From: Macrostomum lignano | Lineage: Eukaryota | Direction: 5' to 3' | Length of the DNA stretch: 33,584 nt | Assembly: GCA_002269645.1 (NCBI GenBank) | Contig: NIVC01004844.1 | Coordinates: forward strand, 1-33,584 | In this document: in pieces, positions 1 through 11,466 of the stretch | Numbering within the stretch: the stretch's first letter is position 1 | How the letters are laid out: every line of letters starts with the position of its first letter | Notes under the pieces: model-generated | What the model saw: only the letters and a program-made list of their open reading frames with translations | Databases searched by the model: none | What the model was told of the DNA's origin: nothing | Position numbers and translations under genes: made by a program

Positions 1-226
1 TCATAACGAGTTAAAAAAGCCAAAAAATCCGCACTTACTTATTTGTACTGCACCCATTGCTATAATTTGCTTGAACTTTGTCATCTATCCATGCCACCCG
101 TACCTTATTGCCATTTTCAGATCATAATGATTAAAAAAGCCAAAAAATCCGCACTTACTTATTTGTACTGCCACATTGCTATAATTTGCTTGAACTTTGT
201 CATCTATCCATGCCACCCGTACCTTA
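1..226. repeat. Tandem duplication of a ~121-bp AT-rich unit (two copies, first may be cut by the window edge)
   Basis: TCATAA..TTAAAAAAGCCAAAAAATCCGCACTTACTTATTTGTACTG...ATGCCACCCGTACCTTA occurs at 1-106 and again at about 122-226 with a few substitutions and small indels. Confidence 0.9.
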
Positions 227-1249
227 GAATCACCGTGCACATTTCTTGCCAGATTTTACACTTTGTTTTACGCTCAAATTTGGGATGGGGGGGTTCATTG
301 CGTCGCACTTACAGAGCAAACAGCCTTTACTTGGGCTAGTCACTGCATGTATGTGTGACTCAGTGCACTTCTGCCTCCGTAATTCATCATCATCCATCAT
401 CCCCATCATTATGCATGATATTATATGAGCTACGTATACGAGCTATTAAAATGCAGATATGAGATACCTTTTGCACCCACATTCGCAGAACAGCTAGGCT
501 GATGAAAGATTCATAGAAAAACAATTTATTCATTGCTACAACTGTTGTCAATCCGTTGGTATCTAGAAATAATATGAAGTATCGTGAATGGGTGGCAACT
601 GATGCAGTGTTTTTATTTTTGATTTCCACTTCTATTGAGTTCACATACGAGCCGTATTAATTTGTTTAAGTTGAATACAAAGGTAGGCGGGGTTGCTTTC
701 AATTCAAGCTTGAATGAGCAAAGACTTAATTTATGGTCACGGATCGTTACACTCAAGCCAACCCTAGAGCAACATTTTTTTCAATTGTGGCCTGTACGAT
801 ATGACAACTGATACGATACGATTGGAAGTCATAAATAGTCTAAATAACTGACTGGCTTGCGTGGAGATAAAATCTATCTATATAAAACAGCTCACCTCAA
901 ATCAGCCATATCATTATTTTTCGTTGCAATCTTTTTTCAGTTTTAACATTTTTTAGCCAACTGCTATGGTTGGTAACCATGATAACAATTTGGCTCGTAA
1001 AAAAATAACTCAATATAGTGAATCTGCATGCAGCACTTAGCATGAAGCCTCAGATTTATTTATGTAAATATCATTTGTACTCTTTATGCACTGCGGCAAA
1101 TTTGCACAGATATGAGATGCATGTATTTTTCAGCAAGTACTGATACCCAAGAGACGCAAGGCTTCAATCAAAGTCTGACAATTCTGAAATCTCGTCAAAT
1201 TAAGCCGAACCTCTAAATACATGTACAGACACAAGTCTGATACAAACAG

Positions 1250-1760
1250 AAGAGAGAAGAGATCAGATAGGAGAGATTAAAGAGGAGAAAGGAGAGATGA
1301 GAAAGCAGAGACGAGAAATGAGACAGTAGAGCTAGAACAGAGGAGAGAGGAGAGGGAAGAGATTATAGAGACGAGTGAGGAGAAGAAGAGAAATATGTGA
1401 GAGCAGACATGAGAGACAATGGGAGAGAAGTGGAGTGAAGGAGAAAGGAGAATAAAGGGGAGAATCGAGAGGACAGGAAGAGAGTGGAAGGGAGAGAAGA
1501 GAGATGAGAGAAATAGAAGAATGGAGAAGGGAGAGAGTAGAAAGGAGAAGAGAGATGGGAGAGCAGGAGAGATGAGAGGGAGGAGAGTAGAGAGGGGAGG
1601 TGAAAGAGTAAAGGGGAGAAAGTTGAGAGAAGAGTTGGGAGAGTTGGGAAAAAAGAGGAGAGATGTTAAAGGAGAGTACAGATGAGAGATGAGAGAGAGG
1701 AGATAAGACAGGAAATAAATAATAGAGAGAGGGTCGAGATGATAGAGGAGAGAGAATTGA
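1250..1760. repeat. Low-complexity GA-rich polypurine tract
   Basis: Almost exclusively A/G on the + strand with no stable period. The S/L/P-rich and E/R/G-rich ORFs here are compositional artefacts. Confidence 0.85.
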
Positions 1761-2574
1761 GAATTTCGCACTGACCTACGAGGTGCGAACAAACACGAGA
1801 AATCAAACTGAAATGTGCTAATTTTAACAGTCCCAGACTTCCATTGTTCCTACAAAATTTTAAACAGCGGGGCAGGACCTCCTGCGGGGCAGACCCATAG
1901 AAATTTTTCCGGTTTCCAAGATAATATTGACTTATAGGGAATAAACACATACCGTACGAGCTCAAATTTGAGCTCAAAGTTCGAGCTCAAATCCTAGATA
2001 TTTAAACATCGCCACATGAGAACGGAGTCACAACATAGTTTGAATATGATGGAAAGCGCACGTAAATAAGCGAAAAGCGGTATCCAACGGGGCAACACGA
2101 GCAATCTTTCAATACGCTAATTGGGAGGGGATTAAGCAATCACGGGCTGACTTCCATTCTGCCACTCAGCGGGGGTCGAACGGGAGACTAACTCCTAATA
2201 AATAAATTTTCTCAGTCCTATAATCTTTAATGACATGACATGGCCTTCACACATGGGGCTCCAAGGCCTCCATGCTCCTTCCAGTGATTTTTTTAGAATA
2301 GTCTTTGGCTCTTAGCAAAGAGCAAAGAGAGAGCAAAGATGAAAGAGAAGAAAGGTGAGGGAAGATTGACGAGAGAAGATGGAAGAGAGGAGATAGGAAA
2401 GAAGAGAAGAGAAGAGAGAGAGAGAAGAGAGAGGAAACAAAAGAGAAGATAGAGTTTCAAAGGATCCGAGGGACATAGAGAGAGACAGGAGGCCAGAGAT
2501 TTTGCCGATACATGTTTTCGAAAGACAAGTTTTTGTTTGAGTATGACTTCAGATTTTAGAACTAGATATAAGCT

Positions 2575-2815
2575 GAGCTGAGAGAGAAGATGAAAGTAGA
2601 GGCTGAGAGTAGAGAGAGGCTGAGAGCAGAGAGGGGCTGAGAGCAGAGAGGGGCTGAGAGCAGAGAGGGGCTGAGAGCAGAGAGGGGCTGAGAGCAGAGA
2701 GGGGCTGAGAGTAGAGAGGGGCTGGGGATAGAGGTTGAGAGTGGATAGAGGCTGAGAGTAGATAGAGGCTGACAGTGGAGAGGCTGAGAATAGAGAGGTT
2801 GAGAGTAGAGAGGCT
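2575..2815. repeat. GA-rich minisatellite, ~18-bp unit GAGCAGAGAGGGGCTGA(G)
   Basis: Near-identical units at 2620-2720 decay outward into related units. Confidence 0.85.
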
Positions 2816-3004
2816 AGTTCACGTTGTTCTCAATCCCATTCCACTATACATGTAGTTTTTATCTAATGTGACTAAGGTGCTTTTAGTGCAGGGGTTGGCA
2901 AACTTTTTACCTCGATTGAGAACCCAGCTCATGACTGCCCTTCTAGTCTGCTTCGTTGGCCCCCAAAGCGAAGCGAGGAGTCCTGATGACAGAGCGGGCC
3001 AGAG

Positions 3005-3420
3005 GTGAGGAGAGAGGGTAAGGAATAGAGAAGAGAAATACAAGCATAGGATAAAGGAGAGGCGAAGGAATAAAGGAGAAGAGAGTTGATGAGAGGAGAG
3101 GGCAGACATGAGAGAGAAAAGATGAGAGAAGAGGGCAGACATGAGAGAGAGAATAGATGAGAGAGAGGGCAAGAGATAGATGAGAGAAGGCAGAGAAGGC
3201 AGAGATGAGAGAGAGATGATACAGGAGAGGGCAGAGATGAGAGAGAAAAGAGAGAACAGGGCAGACATGAGAGAGAATAGATAAGAGAGGAGAGGGCAAG
3301 AGATGAGAGAGGAGAGGGCAGAGATGAGAGAGAGAGAGAAAAGATTAGAGACGAGAGGGCAGAAATGACAGAGAAAAGAAAAGAGACGAGAGTGCAGAGA
3401 TGAGAGAAAAGATGAGAGAC
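3005..3420. repeat. Degenerate GA-rich repeat (GGGCAGAGATGAGAGAGA-like units)
   Basis: Recurrent GGGCAGA(C/G)ATGAGAG motifs within a polypurine tract. Confidence 0.8.
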
Positions 3421-3806
3421 AAGAGGCACTCCAATTTTTGCTTACTTCTATCATAACTAATACCTTTACCCTCTACCTTTAACTTTTAACATATACAAAC
3501 AACACGTCAGTTTTAGTATATTGAGATACGTTTGAAACTATTATCCATGATACAAAAATCAAATGTCTTGTGCTAGTAGTGCTACTAGCTTTAGTAGGTA
3601 GTAATACCTGCTGTAAAGGGAAGTGTTTTTTGTTTTACTTAGTCTAATTTCACTAACAAAATCTGTCTTCTCCGAGACTTGAAGCTACGTCATACCCCAC
3701 CCCAATCACAGCCAATAGGAAATGAGGAAATATATAGACCTATTCCTATCCAAGCAGCCATTCAGAGCTGTGGCCATCTTGGTGTGTGGCCATCTTGGTC
3801 ATGCGC

Positions 3807-4124
3807 CAATATATATTACAATAAAAAAGACTAATATGTAGATGTAGCAATATTTAACATTAGTACACAAAACTAAACACAAACAACTGCATAATCTTAG
3901 CCTAAATACACAAAACTAAACACAAACAACTGCATAATCTTAGCCGTTGTCTATATATTATAGACAAACAAGATTATGCAGTTGTTTGTGTTTAGTTTTG
4001 TGTACTAATGTTAAATATTGGAATTAGCCTAAGATTATGCAGTTGTTTGTGTTTAGTTTTGTGTACTAATGTTAAATATTGCTACATCTACATATTAGTA
4101 TTTTTTATTGTAATTTATATATTG
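3807..4124. repeat. Long near-perfect inverted repeat (foldback) with nested internal arm duplications
   Basis: 3807-3900 is the reverse complement of 4029-4124 (one mismatch, one 2-nt indel). Partial arm copies lie at 3907-3943 and 3970-4020, around the central palindrome TTGTCTA-TATATTA-TAGACAA (3947-3967). Confidence 0.9.
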
Positions 4125-4967
4125 CATAGGCCTAGCTTAAAATAATTGTTATATCAGTTATGATAATGTTGTATGACTTTCCAGGCCCCATTGAAGCTAC
4201 AGTATGACAGTGTCATTTTAACATCTTGTTAACTCTATTCAAAATTGATATTGTCATTATTATTATTATTATTATTATTACATAGGTCCTATTGAATTTA
4301 GAATCTTTAAAAGAATTGGTCTTTTAAAGATTGAAAAGATTCTTAGCCATGGGGATAGGCCTAAGCTAAAAATTATTGATAGATCTATGTAGATAAAATT
4401 AGACTTATTGACATAGCCTATAGACTTGAATAGTGGCAGCTATTTCAATAAGCTGCCATGGGGACAAGCTGAAAATTATCCACATGGATCTGTGTGAATA
4501 AAATTGGAATTATCGGCATGGGACTGCATCTATAGCCTAAGGATAAGATAAGCACTTCCTATTTTTTACTAATTGACTAGGCCTAGGGCCTAGGCCTAGT
4601 AAAGTAATTTAGACAATTATTTGAGTGGTCTCAGTTGGTCTTTTGTATAGTTCAATTGCAAAAACAATTGTCTAAAAATAGATATATGATAGCTTTGATA
4701 GGCCCTACCTATAGGGCCTAGCCTATATCATGGGTCCATAACTTAGACATATCACACTATGACACATGCCAAATAAGTGATGCAGCTGATATTATTATTA
4801 TGTAAGGTGATGCATGCACTGTGTTGTGCAGAATAGCCTACACATAGCCAGATAGCCATCAAGCATCGCCAGATCAGATCCTAGATTGCAAATAGATGCT
4901 TCTATCTGTTTAATAATTAAACCATGGATTTTATTATAGGGAATTTATAGGGCCTATAAATTCAAAA

Positions 4968-5603
4968 TAGTGTTCCGCCGTAGCCGTAGCTACGGCTACG
5001 GGATCCTACGGCAAATACGGTAAAATAGGTGCCTACGGCAGCTACGGATACGCCTACGGTAGCTAGCTGCTCTTACGGCTACGACTACGGAAATATGGTA
5101 GTTGCTTCCCGTAGATTCCGTAGGTCCCGTAGTTATTAATGTTAAAAATTGAAAAAAATATTAGAAGCAGATAGAGTAAAACAAAGATACTTTTAGTAAA
5201 CTGTATTATCAACCTAGAAACTTATAAAGTATACCTAAAAAGTACAATAAAACACTAGCAAACTCTATTTTTTTATTGTAAAAAATTTCAGCATTCGTAC
5301 TTTCAGTAACGATAAAGTATTGTTGCTCTGAAAAAAGACGAAATCTTACAAAGGCAATTAAGTGTTTCTTTTATTTTCTAATTTAATTTGCAGTTGTTTA
5401 AGCACTAGGTTATCTTCTTGATTCAAAATATTTTGTTTTTTTAGACTTTTTGTTAAAACTATTACGGCTACGGCTGCGGGAACTACGGGAATATGGTAAT
5501 TTCGGGGTCCCTACGGCTACGGAATACGGAGAATTGGAGTAAGCCGTAGTTTTGCTTACGGCTACGGCTACGGTACATGGACCCTCCTTACGGCGGAACA
5601 CTA
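4968..5603. mobile_element. Non-autonomous hAT-type DNA transposon (MITE), 636 bp
   Basis: Perfect 15-bp TIRs TAGTGTTCCGCCGTA (4968-4982) / TACGGCGGAACACTA (5589-5603). 8-bp TSD ATTCAAAA at 4960-4967 and 5604-5611. About two dozen TACGG/CCGTA subterminal motifs at the two ends and an AT-rich non-coding core. An 8-bp TSD with TAG-start TIRs is typical of hAT. Confidence 0.88.
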
Positions 5604-6367
5604 ATTCAAAATTAGACCTATAAAATAAAACTATTCACAGCCTATTCAAACACAATCAATCTCGAACTCTTCTCCGCAGAGCCATGAAAACATAGGTGCT
5701 CAAATACACTCAGAGGGTGAAAAGTAGTTTTATTTCTGTTACAATGATATCGGAGGGCCACCGCGTCTAAAAACTCGCTGGCGTGCACACGAGTTCTTTA
5801 TTGGTCTCGTTTTAAACAAATATTTTTAGATGACAAAAAGAAGCCGTTTTTTAAAGGTTTATAAGTCAATATACGCACTGGTGGTTTGAGAAATGTTGCG
5901 CTATAAATACTTTAAACTCTTTTTCGCGGCACCGCGAAGTCTCCCAACAACACAACGCCCACTGGAAACTTATTGATATTTTTATTCATTGGCATTAAAG
6001 TACATCTAAAACTATATCTACGACGATTTGCAAAGAATATTTTATTTAAAAGTTAAAAAATACAATCGAAATGTCACATTGTTCAGGGAAATGTAAAATT
6101 CTTCACATATTCGTCTGCGCGTTTTCCTTGTGTGAACGTTTTTATCCAAATTACAAGGACGACTTTAATTTTGGCTAAGGAAGGACAACTAAAGTACGTT
6201 AATCAATGAAAATACTATATCAATTTAATAAACGTTCTCTTGCAATGGCTGTAGCATAAACTTGAATTTTTTATTTTAATTTTTATGATTTGCACAGTAT
6301 TTGCATAGGATATAGAAATATATTTGTGTTTGTCAAGTGAAAGAGCTCATCATCACATGTATGATTG

Positions 6368-7144
6368 CTATTGCACCGCACACCTGGACCACAAGCTCTG
6401 TCTTTCACTCAATGATATCGGTGGAAAACCTGATTCAGTAGGTTCATCCGTCTTGCCATTGACCCTATCAAAATCTGTGCCAGTTGGAGGATAATACCTT
6501 GAGTAGAGAACGTCAGCCCGAAGTGTGAACTTTACTCCGCTTTGCACCAGGCTGCCCTCGTGCAGAATCTTGTGCTCGAAGATCACTGCCGAACCGGTGC
6601 GCGGCATCATCGCCACTCGTCGACGATCTTCAGGCTTGTCGCCTGCGCGCATCAGTCCATCTGGAAAGAAGGTTGTCTCGCCTCCTTCGAATCCTTCATT
6701 GAGATAGAGCTGGACAGTGATGAAGCTGATTGCCGAGTCATCTGCCGTGATGTAGGTTCCGTCCCTGTGCTCGCCGAAGAACCCGCCGGGACCATAGCGC
6801 AGCACAGTCATGCGCTCGTTGAGACCAACCAGCTTACCGAAGCCGAACTTTGGCGGCAAGTGCGGCCTGATGCGCTGAAAAATCGTTTCTCGGATGTCCA
6901 CATCGGTCAGGTAGGAATTATCGCCAACGCGAAAGTCTGGCTGGTACTCCATAGTTTTGAAGCCAGTGCGCACTGTGGCCGGCTTGAATCCGACACCTTC
7001 AGCAGCTCGAATCACGGCGGCGCACTCGTACTTGTTAAGAACGTTGTGAAGGACAAATGCTAGGCGGTTTTGCAACAGTTCGGAATTCAGATCCTCACGC
7101 TGCACTTGTGCAGGAGCTTGCAATCCAACGATGCTGTCAGACAT
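6368..7144 (-). CDS. 2-oxoglutarate/Fe(II)-dependent dioxygenase, prolyl 4-hydroxylase-like (P4Hc / 2OG-FeII_Oxy_3 type), 258 aa, intronless
   Basis: Shows the family layout: LHNVLNKYECAAVI N-terminal segment, LNERMTVLRY, iron ligands H-x-D (GEHRDG) and distal His (LHEGSLV), ITVQLYLNEGFEGGETTF, PRTGSAVIFEH, and the 2OG-binding basic residues in GVKFTLRADVLY. TATAAAT at 7220-7214 upstream and AATAAA at about 6275-6270 downstream on the - strand. Confidence 0.92.
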   Translation of the reverse strand: MSDSIVGLQAPAQVQREDLNSELLQNRLAFVLHNVLNKYECAAVIRAAEGVGFKPATVRTGFKTMEYQPDFRVGDNSYLTDVDIRETIFQRIRPHLPPKFGFGKLVGLNERMTVLRYGPGGFFGEHRDGTYITADDSAISFITVQLYLNEGFEGGETTFFPDGLMRAGDKPEDRRRVAMMPRTGSAVIFEHKILHEGSLVQSGVKFTLRADVLYSRYYPPTGTDFDRVNGKTDEPTESGFPPISLSERQSLWSRCAVQ

Positions 7145-7213
7145 GACTTCCAGTTTCAGGGTGTTGAGTTCCAGTGATGAAGCTAAGTAAAAAACTGCTC
7201 CCAGGGCGCTTGC

Positions 7214-7220
7214 ATTTATA
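7214..7220 (-). promoter_or_regulatory. Candidate TATA box of the dioxygenase gene
   Basis: TATAAAT on the - strand about 70 nt upstream of the ATG at 7144. Position is plausible, no functional evidence. Confidence 0.35.
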
Positions 7221-7811
7221 ATAATCTGATGTGCATGTACAAAAATGAAAAGTACATTTACAGACCAAATTACTACAGAATTTCTACAGCGTCACGAGTT
7301 CCAACATTTTTGCACACGTCATTCTGGCAAATCCAACTGAAATATATACCGGTAAATAAGCTGGAAGCCAGGGGGGTTCTTAAGTTCTAACTTCTATGCA
7401 GTAGCTATGTGTACAGTTTTGTGTCTATTTTTAGATTAGGAAATCCTCTTTCCAGCGTGGAGCAAATGTGTCATACTGCACGCATTAGACTGCAGGGTTG
7501 GAGTTGAAGGGACAGATTAAAACAAGCTTTGACACGTGCATTGTACATTGGTCTGCCTACGAAGATAAACTCGGTGAGCCAGTAAAGTTGAAGGCCGGAC
7601 ACCTATAGTGAGACAAAAATGTACAATTGACTCAGAAAATTGCGTCTTTGAGCCTCCCCTTGATAATAACCAGGTCGAAAATACGATCGTAATATGTGAC
7701 TTAACAGCAGAAACATTGACGTATGGATATTCTATTATCTACGTAGCATAATGATACCTCTCTGCATGGTTTTAAGCAGTTTGTTCGCAGGGAATGTCTT
7801 GAGAAGAAGCG

Positions 7812-8252
7812 TCCTGACCCGTTTGACCCACTCAGCTCCTGACCAGCTTGACCCACTCAGCTCCTGACCAGCTTGGCCCACCCAGCTCCTGACCAGCTTG
7901 ACCCACTCAGCTCCTGACCAGCTTGACCCACTCAGCTCCTGATCAGCTTGACCCACTCAGCTCCTGACCAGCTTGGCCCACTCATCTCCTGACCAGCTTG
8001 ACCCACTCAGCTCCTGACCAGCTTGACCCACTCAGCTCCTGACCAGCTTGACCCACTCGACAGACCCTGACCAGCTTGGCCCACTCAGACCCTGACCAGC
8101 TTGACTCACTCAGACTCTGACCAGCTTGACTCACTCAGACTCTGACCAGCTTGACTCACTCAGACTCTGACCAGCTTGACTCACTCAGACCCTGACCCAC
8201 TTAGACAGTAACCAGCTTGACCCACTCACACCCTGACCAGCTTGACCCAGTC
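7812..8252. repeat. Minisatellite, 25-bp unit TGACCAGCTTGACCCACTCAGCTCC, ~17 copies
   Basis: Directly visible tandem units, with a CAGACTC/CAGACCC variant towards the right end. Confidence 0.92.
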
Positions 8253-8428
8253 CGGGCTCCTCTCGATTTCCGGGTCGACCGGAGCGTCGGCGAACTGCAG
8301 CAGGCGGCAGGCGGCCAGCCGGTTGTTGTACAGAGCGCTGCGGCACCTGCTGCCACACAGGGAGGCTCTGATCAGGCAGGTCTGCAGCTCATCGTAGCAG
8401 CAGTACGAGCTACATGTCGGTCCGGGTT
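8230..8428 (-). CDS. Putative internal exon encoding a Cys-rich PAN/apple-like segment
   Basis: Between an AG at 8430-8429 and a consensus GTGAGT donor at 8229-8224 the frame reads PGPTCSSYCCYDELQTCLIRASLCGSRCRSALYNNRLAACRLLQFADAPVDPEIERSPDWVKLVR with GC-rich codons. The C..C...C.S..Y......C.L spacing resembles PAN/apple domains. Flanking exons are not firmly identified. Confidence 0.45.
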
Positions 8429-8730
8429 CTTAATGAACTCGATGATGAACAGACACAGCTTAGCGGAACTACATTTACTGTATAAACTCGCTATCTAGAA
8501 GTAGATTAATAGTTTCTCTGAGCTTTCCATATACAGTACTACCTCAAAAGCCGAATAAACGGCTGCAACTGCTAGCAATACCACTCCAGTTTCTCAGATT
8601 TTCTCGAGTATCGTTTTCTCTTACTTGTCAAAGCACTGATCACAAGAATTTCCAGAACATCACTTACGATGCAAGTGCATAACTATAGGAAGGCTGTGCA
8701 CGTGTGCAGTCTATATATAGCTCGTACATA

Positions 8731-9092
<362 letters not shown>

Positions 9093-9730
9093 ATGCAATT
9101 TCACTTAAATTTCACTTTAAGGCCGATAGTAGCTACTCCCAAGACGCTAGCTCAGTAGTCTGCTAAATGTACGAGTAAACCTAAGGCCACCTTAGTGTCG
9201 CTGGATGATAAAGATGACCCAGCAAACATTTTATCGCAATTTTATTTCGCTCTCGGCCGCAACAGCCGCCCAACTGGTACAGTAAGCATGCAGTAGTACC
9301 CAGAGTGTCCATAAAATGAACTCAACTACAATAGGCGTGTACCTGCATATCAAACAGTCGCCCCCATCTGCCCCCACCATTACTCAGCATTGCCCCTGGG
9401 GACCAAGTGAGGGGGTGTTAAGAAAGCTCGAAGAAAACGTGCCCGCCCCAGCTCATTGCGGTGTCCAGCCGAGGTGCAGCCGCGGTGCGACACAACAACA
9501 CAATGAACTAATAACTTGTGCTGTTTTTTTTCTCTGGACACATACAATATTTTTAAAAGTATAAAGCGAAAAAATGACCGACATTTTGAGAAATAAATAA
9601 CGCTTGGTTTTACCACAAAAACTGCATTTTTTGTTAGCCAATGAGTTTAGTTTAAAGTCAATGAGTTTCGAAAGAATAAATTTTCATTTTTCTCTATACA
9701 ACAACTGCTATCAGATTTGCTTGAGTTAGT

Positions 9731-11174
9731 CATAGATAACTGCTATCCGATTAGCCAAAGTTAGTCATAGATAACTGCTATCCGATTAGCCAAAGTTAGT
9801 CATAGATAACTGCTATCCGATTAGCCAAAGTTAGTCATAGATAACTGCTATCCGATTAGCCACAGTTAGCCATAGATAACTGCCATCTAATTTGCCCACA
9901 GTGAGCCATAGATAACTGCCATCTAAGTTGTCCACACTGAGCCATAGATAACTGCCATCTAATTTGTCACAGTGAGCCATAGATAACTGCCATCTAATTT
10001 GTCCACAGTGAGCCATAGATAACTGCCATCTAAGTTGTCCACACTGAGCCATAGATAACTGCCATCTAATTTGTCACAGTGAGCCATAGATAACTGCCAT
10101 CTAAGTTGTCACAGTGAGCCATAGATAACTGCCATCTAATTTGTCACAGTGAGCCATAGATAACTGCCATCTAGTTTGTCACAGTGAGCCATAGATAACT
10201 GCCATCTAATTTGTCCACACTGAGCCATAGATAACTGCCATCTAATTTGTCACAGTGAGCCATAGATAACTGCCATCTAGTTTGTCACAGTGAGCCATAG
10301 ATAACTGCCATCTAATTTGTCCACACTGAGCCATAGATAACTGCCATCTAATTTGTCACAGTGAGCCATAGATAACTGCCATCTAATTTTTCCACAGTGA
10401 GCCATAGAAAACTGCCATCTAAATTTGTCACAGTGAGCCATAGATAACTGCCATCTAGTTTGTCACAGTGAGCCATAGATAACTGCCATCTAATTTGTCC
10501 ACACTGAGCCATAGATAACTGCCATCTAATTTGTCCACACTGAGCCATAGATAACTGCCATCTAATTTGTCCACACTGAGCCATAGATAACTGCTATCTA
10601 GTTTGTCACAGTGAGCCATAGATAACTGCCATCTAATTTTTCCACAGTGAGCCATAGATAACTGCCATCTAATTTGTCACAGTGAGCCATAGATAACTGC
10701 CATCTAATTTTTCCACAGTGAGCCATAGATAACTGCCATCTAATTTGTCACAGTGAGCCATAGATAACTGCCATCTAATTTGTCCACACTGAGCCATAGA
10801 TAACTGCCATCTAATTTGTCACAGTGAGCCATAGATAACTGCCATCTAATTTTTCCACAGTGAGCCATAGAAAACTGCCATCTAAATTTGTCACAGTGAG
10901 CCATAGATAACTGCCATCTAGTTTGTCACAGTGAGCCATAGATAACTGCCATCTAAATTTGTCACAGTGAGCCATAGATAACTGCCATCTAGTTTGTCAC
11001 AGTGAGCCATAGATAACTGCCATCTAATTTGTCACAGTGAGCCATAGATAACTGCCATCTAGTTTGTCACAGTGAGCCATAGATAACTGCCATCTAATTT
11101 GTCACAGTTAGCCATAGATAACTGCCATCTAATTTGTCACAGTGAGCCATAGATAACTGCCATCTAGTTTGTCC
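9731..11174. repeat. Satellite array, 35-36-bp unit AGCCATAGATAACTGCCATCTAATTTGTC(C)ACAGTG, ~40 copies
   Basis: Contiguous units with no unique spacers. The first 3-4 units are a diverged variant (GTTAGTCATAGATAACTGCTATCCGATTAGCCAAA). Confidence 0.95.
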
Positions 11175-11466
11175 GAAAAAAAACCAATTTTTAGGCAGGT
11201 GAACATCAGTTCGTTTGGTAGATTCAGATAAAGAGGACTTCAGACTAAAGAAGACTTCATTGCAAAAACATCTACTCTAGCTTCCAGCGTCATCTTAACG
11301 AGCACGCTTAGAGGACATTCAGTCGCTTCTATTGTGCGCAGAGACATACAGAGAAAAGCTGTTCCCTTGAAGCAATGAATAAACAGGCTTTTGCACCTCG
11401 AGCAGCCAATAGTGCGCGGCCTGGCTACCGAAGCTGCCGCCCCAGGGCGGAGTCCTCAGCTAGAGA

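Noticed and set aside
130-420. Possible minus-strand exon(s) in the 121-bp duplication (GTAAGT donor-like word, open frame VRVAWIDDKVQANYSNVAVQI)
   Set aside because: AT-rich, no recognisable domain and no convincing partner exons.
1958-1975. Perfect 18-bp palindrome GAGCTCAAATTTGAGCTC with extra GAGCTCAAA copies
   Set aside because: Short, isolated and not tied to any recognisable element or gene start.
2889-3003. hAT/Charlie-like left end CAGGGGTTGGCAAACTTTTT with GCGGGCCAGA internal word
   Set aside because: No matching right TIR or TSD found in the window; at most a truncated relic.
7500-7606. Linker exon fusing the PAN-like exon to the dioxygenase
   Set aside because: An acceptor exists, but no donor/phase combination using strong sites joins 8230 to 7182, and a TATA-like box supports a stand-alone dioxygenase gene.
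9731-11174. CRISPR-like array (35-36-bp repeats)
   Set aside because: Units are contiguous with no unique spacers, there are no cas genes, and the context is eukaryotic. The same applies to the other minisatellites.
11138-11185. RAG/Transib RSS-like signal (CACAGTG heptamer in each satellite unit, AAAAAAACC after the array)
   Set aside because: Spacing from the last heptamer to the nonamer-like word is 32 nt, not 12 or 23, and no transposase or paired end is present.
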